Part shown: positions 56,627-64,000 of the stretch, in pieces
How positions within the stretch are numbered: position 1 is the first letter of the stretch
Layout: every line of letters begins with the position of its first letter
NCBI GenBank assembly: GCA_032718475.1
Contig: JAUCBJ010000597.1
Location: 25,329-89,328 of the forward strand
Source: Nemertoderma westbladi
Lineage: Eukaryota > Animalia > Xenacoelomorpha
DNA length: 64,000 nt
Reading direction: 5' to 3'
Notes under the pieces: generated by a model
The model's input: only the letters and a program-made list of their open reading frames with translations
Told to the model about the DNA's origin: nothing
The model's database searches: none
Made by a program: the position numbers and the translations under genes

Positions 56627-58844
56627 TTTGGTAGCCGTTTTGACACAATTACGGGATAAACTCCCCTCCTCTCATCTCCTTTCAAGTCTGTTATAGAGTT
56701 TAGAATATCTGTTTGGATGAAGTTCACAAAACTCAGTATATGAGGCGGTGGTAACATTTTCGAATGTTTTACATTGGCCATTGTTTGGAAATTATTAAAT
56801 ATATTATACATCATCATGTCATTATTTTGAACCTACTAGATATAAATAGTACATTTACTAAATAAGGCTAATAAATTATCTCTCTCTACGAACTTTTCTA
56901 CATAACCTACGCACACACGTCTTAAATACATAATATATAATATATATACAGTATTATACTCATGTACTCTATACTCTGATACAGTTTGTACAGCTATGAG
57001 CTATGTACGTACCACAGGTACTATATGAAACAAGGAACGATTTGGCATATTTTAAAATTTTTTTGAAGGTATGTTTGAGTTTTTATTAACATTTAATGGA
57101 TTCTATCTATTGGTAATAAAATCAGATAAATCATTCATACGACATACAAGAAAAACAGAAGGAACGATCACAGACAGATGCTAGTTCAGTCAGGATTTTC
57201 CATGTTAAAAACAATTTATCACCATGAAACTAATAAGTAGGCTTAGGAAGACATTACTCTTTTCTTATTGGGCGATTGCAGCTCATGACTCAGATCTCAG
57301 TTTGTGCTCTCTGAAGCAGACTAATTGGATTGTTGTCAGTGGGGAAATCTCAAGTCAATCTATAGTCAGTCTCCCTTGGAAACATGACAAAAACAGCTTT
57401 GGGAATATTCGTACAGAAAATTATTGATAAACCAACTTGGAAGCAAGATGCTGAAATCTGTGTCAGTGAGCAGCAGTCTGCTGTTATTATAGGCAGATTA
57501 GGATGAAACCATGATTATTTTATAGTAGATACAATATTATTAATTGTACAATAAACATATGGGAAGGCTATTGGCGTCTAATCGTCCGCGTTTACAACCC
57601 TCATTAAATTTGATTGGTAAATATCCTTATTATCCTTCATATGATTGCTGAATATAATTAGTGTTTACGATTTCATCTCCTAACAAAATAAATTATATGA
57701 TGGTTCTTGGAAAACTAATTAGCTACCAAAGGGACGGCTTTCCAGGTGCATGCATTTATTTTCCTTAGAAAATCCATAAACTACACCCCTCCTGCTTACT
57801 AAGTGCATCAGCACCCACCTTTCCAATTCTGTTACAATCTTGGTTCTTTATTGGCTAATTTTTATGTGCTTCATTCAACTCTGATTAAAATAGTTCATAT
57901 TAATCCTAACCAAACAGGTTGTCCATTTGACCCTGTTGGCAAAGAGCTGTATTACTAATTTGTAAACTTTATTTTATTCAAAAGGACAGAATAACTGACC
58001 ATTTTTACTGGAAAATTAATAAATTTATTGGTATAGAGCCATAGACTACCCATTATTGAGAGCAAGTGCCTTTACCCATGTAGTTATGGACTACCTGTCC
58101 TGTCAGCCTCAGCTGTCAATTTCATGATAATTGGCAATGACACACTCAACTGATTGAAATTAAGATATGGAAGTTCCCTAACTCATGAATCATTCCTTGA
58201 AAAATATTACCTGATAGAAAATGTAATCTAAAACTATAGGCCTACTTCCTACTTGTAAACTAAAATTATTGCTTTCAAAGTGTACATCGATTTGACTTAA
58301 AGTTAAAAATTAGCAGAATAGATGATACTACTGTAGTGGTAAAAGATATCGTAAATATTGCTAAATGCAATATTTAAGGAGTTATCGCCAGATAGGTCAA
58401 CCATTGGACCATATCCCTCCGCAATAACAGCGGCAGCTGCTAAACTAAGGTTTTGCACATCCCGTCATTCGCCTTACCAATGGACAACTACACCCACAAA
58501 ATAATTTCTTGCCTAAGAAATCAATAATCTTAGTCATTGTGTTTTCCTTATTTATTACTAAGAAAAGTGGCGCCGGCTGGTAATAAGGCATCGCAATCTA
58601 CCCCCCGCACCGCTTGGACGTATCCCCAGGCTGTTCCAGACACAACGCTCATTCTCCCTCTCCCTGTGTATTTAATGTAGGCGTATCCATTGCTAAGGAA
58701 CTGAAGGAAAGTGGAGGATAAATTACATCTCATAATATCTAGAGCAAACACAAAGTACAAGCACCAATTGGAACTAGAAGATACTAAAATGCAGAAAAAG
58801 TCAAAGAAAACCTTGCATTGATCACTGCATTGATTGGGTTGGGT

Positions 58845-59030
58845 GAATTCTTAGCCCGCGGGTTAGTAAAGGAGCAGGTTTCAGAGGCGTATTGGGGGAA
58901 CCAAAACAATAAACGTTGTTGTTTTGAGGGCTAAGAATATCCACGGGCTAAGAATACTCGCCGGCTAAGAATACTCGCCGGCTAAGAATACTCGCCGGCT
59001 AAGAATACTCGCGGGCTAAGAATTCTTGAG
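58845..59030. repeat. Small element with 17-bp GGCTAAGAATACTCGCC repeats and an inverted copy (MITE-like)
   Basis: About six GGCTAAGAAT copies at 58929-59025; GAATTCTTAGCCCGCG at ~58845 is the reverse complement of CGCGGGCTAAGAATTC at ~59010. Confidence 0.55.
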
Positions 59031-62000
59031 ACCATTGATTGATATAATGATAGAATATAACCTAATTGATAATAAACAGACAGTAGACAGTGTATTATAT
59101 TCTACTTTGATAGTATTGACAAAATGTTTCTTTTCTTTGAAGCCTAACTAACTACACATACTAAATACATTATATCATTTTGTATTTAACTACAGTATAA
59201 TATTATATAGATTTTTATATAAATACTGTATAAATGAAACTTTGTTGTGTTGTCAACATGAAACGGTTCCATTATGAAGCTTTACCTGTAGTGTTCTACT
59301 TTAGTAAACTCAATATTCAATTTTTGAAGCTGGTTTTTGGCAATGACGGGACACGACACCCCAACATTTTAAAGCCTTCCTAACATTATAGAATATAATA
59401 TGTGCTATGATTCTCATGTTCTCCCTGTAAGCGCCAAGCAAGAGCAGTCATATAAAAGTACAGACTACACTAACACTGTTGCACCGCAAAGTAGAGCAAC
59501 TTTAAGGAGATTGAACCGAAATTAACATTTCCATCCAAGTGGACTCGAACCTACGGCCTCTGAACGCAGAGGTGCGAAACAAAGGTATCGGATTGAACAA
59601 GTACGTCGAAGTTGCAACGCCAAAATATATAAATCCTAGCTGTCCTTTCTTCCTATTCCTATTTTCTCAACTTGCATTATCGAGTTACACTCTTTTGCAT
59701 CTCACCGACTCAATTTTTACTAGCTTTTTGCACTCATAGGGATCACTTTAGTTTATAAATAATCATTTTCATAAGAAATCACTAGCAACTGTACCGCGGT
59801 ATGCAGTAATGTGCTTGTACATTTATGTTAGTAGAAGTAGGCCTATAGTACAGTATGTGTACAGTACAACCGTGACAAACAATGTATAAGAATACCATTA
59901 AATAAATAAGCTTACAAATATATGGAATAGAATATATCGCAGGCTACACACAGAGCTTGTGATTAACTGTAGTGTGGCTTCCTTATATATATATATACCA
60001 TGAGCGTGGGGCAGGAGTGCAAAATATTGGAGCCAGCAGGTAGAATGCTATAATGCCATACCCACCCACCACCGCTTCCTCGGGTATACTCAGCAGTCGT
60101 AGCCAGGGGGGAATGGCGATATTTCCTAGCTGGCACACACACCCTTGAGGACTACCCGCAAGGCATAGCCTATATTAGGTTGGAGCTAGAGCTACTGATT
60201 CATTCACAGTCACCTTCGTCACTGCCGTGGGATTGGAGGAAAAGATCCACTGAGTTTGCCTGCATCCACTGGTCCATATTCCTGGGCTTACATTGAATCC
60301 CAGGTAGTTACCGGTGAGTGATCATTGAATGCCGACAATGCACTGATTAATCTCAACCATAGGCCCCAGGCAAACCGCTGGCAAATACTGATAGCTAATA
60401 TTATTGATGTAGTTTAATTCATTGATTGTTAAATAGATCTGTGTAAATGTTTACCATCGGAAATCGCACCGGCAGTGTTAAAATAACACTCGTTATTTTC
60501 CTCGGGATGCTGGGTTCCCTTTGCTATCCGCTTACGGGATGGAACTGGACTGGACAGTATGTCTAATACAACAAGTTTACTTTCACCACTTACTGCCAGA
60601 AATCCGACGTATCTGCGAGACAAAATCGCTCCAATGCACTTCATCTCCTCTATATATGTAGATCCCTTGGAATCCACCATGTAATCGTAGTTACTGTATA
60701 TGTGATGGGTTGCTTGTTTAGGTTTACAAGCCTATTAGAGGTGACAGCCAGGCAACAAATTATCTGATTGAATAACGTAGTTTGCAAAGTGGACTTCATG
60801 GCTTCAAATTAATGTTTTACCACTTTTCCCTCCATTACGGAAAGAAGTCGCCTTGAGAATTTAATGGAATATCTGCTTTGATTCAATACTGTATAATAAG
60901 TATGATGTGACAAAAGGGTGAAAAGCCTCTCCAAACATCCTTCCTATGGCCGGGTAAGTACGGAAACATACCGAGTAGTTGACGAATATGTCGTCGACCT
61001 TGGCGCTAGCAGTATGCAAGAGGTTTAGGTGGGGCAGGAGTTTGTCCTTGTCATAAGTGGTTGAGATTTATTCACTCCACTCACGCCACCATACCTACGA
61101 GACTACACAGGGTCCCCCTGCACTTCACACGTACACATATTCCATTCAAATAACACACCGGTAGGTACATTTCACTTGCGGATGGTGCTTGCTGAATTCT
61201 GATAACCTTGACTGGCTAATGTGATGCGATGCGATTGTCAAACATCCATAATTCTAAATCGCCCTAGACTCTAACGCCGGCGCAACAATAAACAATAAAC
61301 TAAGCACAATAGAACAGGTTATAGTTTTATTTTTGAGAATAATCAGCTTTTATTTGCGTCGAATTTCCCCCCCCCCCCCCCCCCCCCCCCCTATCTGATC
61401 TGTATTATATCAACAGATAGGATTGGAGGCCAAGGTTTATTCTGCATATTTTTTACACTTAGAATAATATTTTGAATTATTTTTCAAAATATCAATTTTT
61501 CAAATTCATGTAAGTCCATGACATCAATGTCATCAAAATACACAATCTGCAAATAATGTAAAATTAATGAGTTAAAATTTATCAACATTGGGGAATTGAC
61601 CCTGAGAAATGATCAACACTGCTTGTTGCGCAACAAGCCCACAAGTGTGTCATATAATAAGAGTGCGTTTCTAATATTACTCTCTCGCAACCACGATCTG
61701 ATATTTGTATCTTGGATTTAATTAACTGGTAGTATGATGCAACTGCGTATTGGTTTCAAAACAAATAGTTGGAAGAATACTTGGAAATAATTGAAGAATT
61801 AAGGCTGAAGATAGGAGTGTGTAGTTAGTTATTTGGCATTGTACCAGGTTGTGTTGATATTGACAACCATTTCATTAGCAATCCCTTAGTGTAGAGCCTA
61901 ACAACAGCACGATGATGTTGACAATTCCCATCTGTGGCCGATATTTTGAAGCAACTAACTGCCTTTAACAATTAACCAAAGTAAGCTAACGATCCTACGG

Positions 62001-62949
62001 GCGGGCGGGGATGGTTGGGATTTACAAAATAAATAGGTTTTCCATTTGGTTAGTAATTTGATTGACATACTTTGTTAAGATGCTGTGTGTTTATTATGTT
62101 AGGAAGCTTCCTTTGTCGTGCATAGGCGTTCCTTCTTTGCATTCATTATGACGGTTGTTATTGTAATAACATAAAGTAACCAGGAGGCTCTTTCTCTTTG
62201 CAACTGAACTTGTTGCACCAACATGATTATTACCAGCCTCACAGTATTATATTCTGGGAAATTACTTAATGAATTCAATTTAAAATGATATATAATTAAT
62301 GAATTTCCTCCTCCCATATAATTATGATAGCTACTGATATTATTATACTATAATTCTGATGGCCTGGAATACTCCTGCAAATTGCTCACAAAGTTAGTCA
62401 AATAAAACTCAGTAGGCCTAGAGTAAAATACTTTGCAAAGCAGGTTGTTTGTTTCTCTTATCTCCAATACGAATGGTAACAATATTTTTACATGTACGAA
62501 TGTTAAAGTCGTGGCTGAATGTGAGAACGTGAAAAACGAATTACCAAACGCACAGAACGCACGAACTACCAACGGCTCCTATCTCTTGGCTGTTGCCTGT
62601 AAGGCAGAGAGGGTAACAACTACTGTAGCTACCAAGGTCGAATACTCACAACGTTCTTTACTACCAGAGGATAAACTACTTACCCATTACAGTTGAGTGG
62701 GCTCAATCTAGTTCCTTAGATTTAACGACTTAACGTAAACTAAGAAGTTTTAGGGCCCGAACTCATCACCTTTCATATGGAATACCTACGATCTAACCAT
62801 GAGATTAATCTGAGCATATTCTAATTATTGACTATTTTGCTGCGTAGTCCGTAGGCACAACTTGTCAGGTATTAAACGGTAAACCCAGATCATTGAGAGT
62901 TGTTAAGAGTCATACAGGGTTTCATCTTCTACTAATGCCTACATGGTTT

Positions 62950-63500
62950 GACGTACTATAGTGAACATTACGACAAATCCTGAAATCAAGTCGCCCCACA
63001 GTACTCAAGCTGACATACATTCTCCTTGAAAGGCGATGTTCTCATGTCACCAGTAATCCTTGAATCTTGCGAAACTAGCGAAGGAAACTTATTGTCTGTC
63101 CACCATGTCTGTTAAGCGTATAGATTGCTGTAGTTGTGGACACTGGACAGGCTGATAATTCCTGCGATAGAAGAGACCGTCTAGATTTAATGGGTGGGAT
63201 TGCAGGGTATTGCCGGGTTTAGCCAGTGAGGTGTCCCCACATAAATGAATAGCATCTCATATCCAACATTGATTACCCTGCCTAACATTCTGGTATATGT
63301 AACATCCAAGTACCATATGTTGTCAGAAGTAACACCATCCACAAAATCAATGATCTCTCTATGGATCAACTGCTATTCAAAATCAGTATTATAACTGCCA
63401 CGAATTTGGTCTACACTCTATGAGATCAACATTGGTGGCAGCTCCTTCAAGCTGTACAACAACGGCTGATACTGCCTCCAATAGTCATAAATTACACCAG
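62950..63500 (-). mobile_element. Highly degraded LINE remnant
   Basis: LDVTYTRMLGRV resembles LDGTFTRMLRRV of the RTE-like copy at 43.4-43.5 kb. Confidence 0.4.
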
Positions 63501-64000
63501 CAAAGCCAACTGTGTAATTTCATTTCATTGATTACCCCGGTCGATGTCGGTATTATATTAGATAAAATAAAACATATAGTAAAACAAGCATGAGTAGAAT
63601 AAAATGGTAGTGCGCTGTTATAAAATATGATTAAATTGGCACGAATGAAGTGGTCGTATTAGTGGAAGTTAAAGGATATTTATTGCCCCCAGATTAAAGC
63701 AATTAATTATACAGGAAGTTTGCTTGAATTTTATCTTCATAGGGCGTACATCCCAGCGTGACTCTTGCCAGGGTATCTGAGCGCCGGTATTCATAGGTCA
63801 ACAGCGAGACAATAACTGAAGCGGGTATTCATTCCTAGCTTTCCGAAATGTTTTAGAGAGACTCACGGATAGAACATCAGAGTTCATTTGAGAGGTAATA
63901 CCGAACGCAACGCCTGTGGAATTGGTAGATTCGATTCGATGCGGGTCTTTTTTCTGTAGAATTTTTCTAATTCATGATTGGAATACCATCACACTGATGT

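Noticed and set aside
61366-61391. Poly-C tract
   Set aside because: Simple homopolymer with no further structure.

Overview
Invertebrate animal genomic DNA. Bases 1 to ~19.2 kb are a nearly complete Maverick/Polinton (adintovirus-like) endogenous element; its left terminus lies just outside the window. It has long terminal inverted repeats, pPolB, packaging ATPase, retroviral-type integrase, two minor capsid (penton) paralogs, major capsid protein, adenain-like protease and basic core proteins. Most of these core genes carry one or more frameshifts. Its accessory genes are unusual: a TBP-like protein, a PC4-like protein, a Maelstrom-like RNase H-fold protein and a degenerate dUTPase. An exact 26-bp TATA-containing motif occurs in two of its intergenic regions. 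The element appears to lie in an intron of an EGFR/ErbB-family receptor kinase, of which nine exons (19696-41035, + strand) splice in frame by hand. Downstream are LINE fragments, an intronless C2H2 zinc-finger gene between ~500-bp direct repeats, and a two-exon innexin on the - strand. Two independent intronic tandem arrays (EGFR and innexin) are built from the gene's own exon end plus 5' splice site, giving kilobase arrays of donor sites. The giant ORFs in the ORF track are satellite artefacts. All protein family calls are from motif recognition by eye, not database searches.
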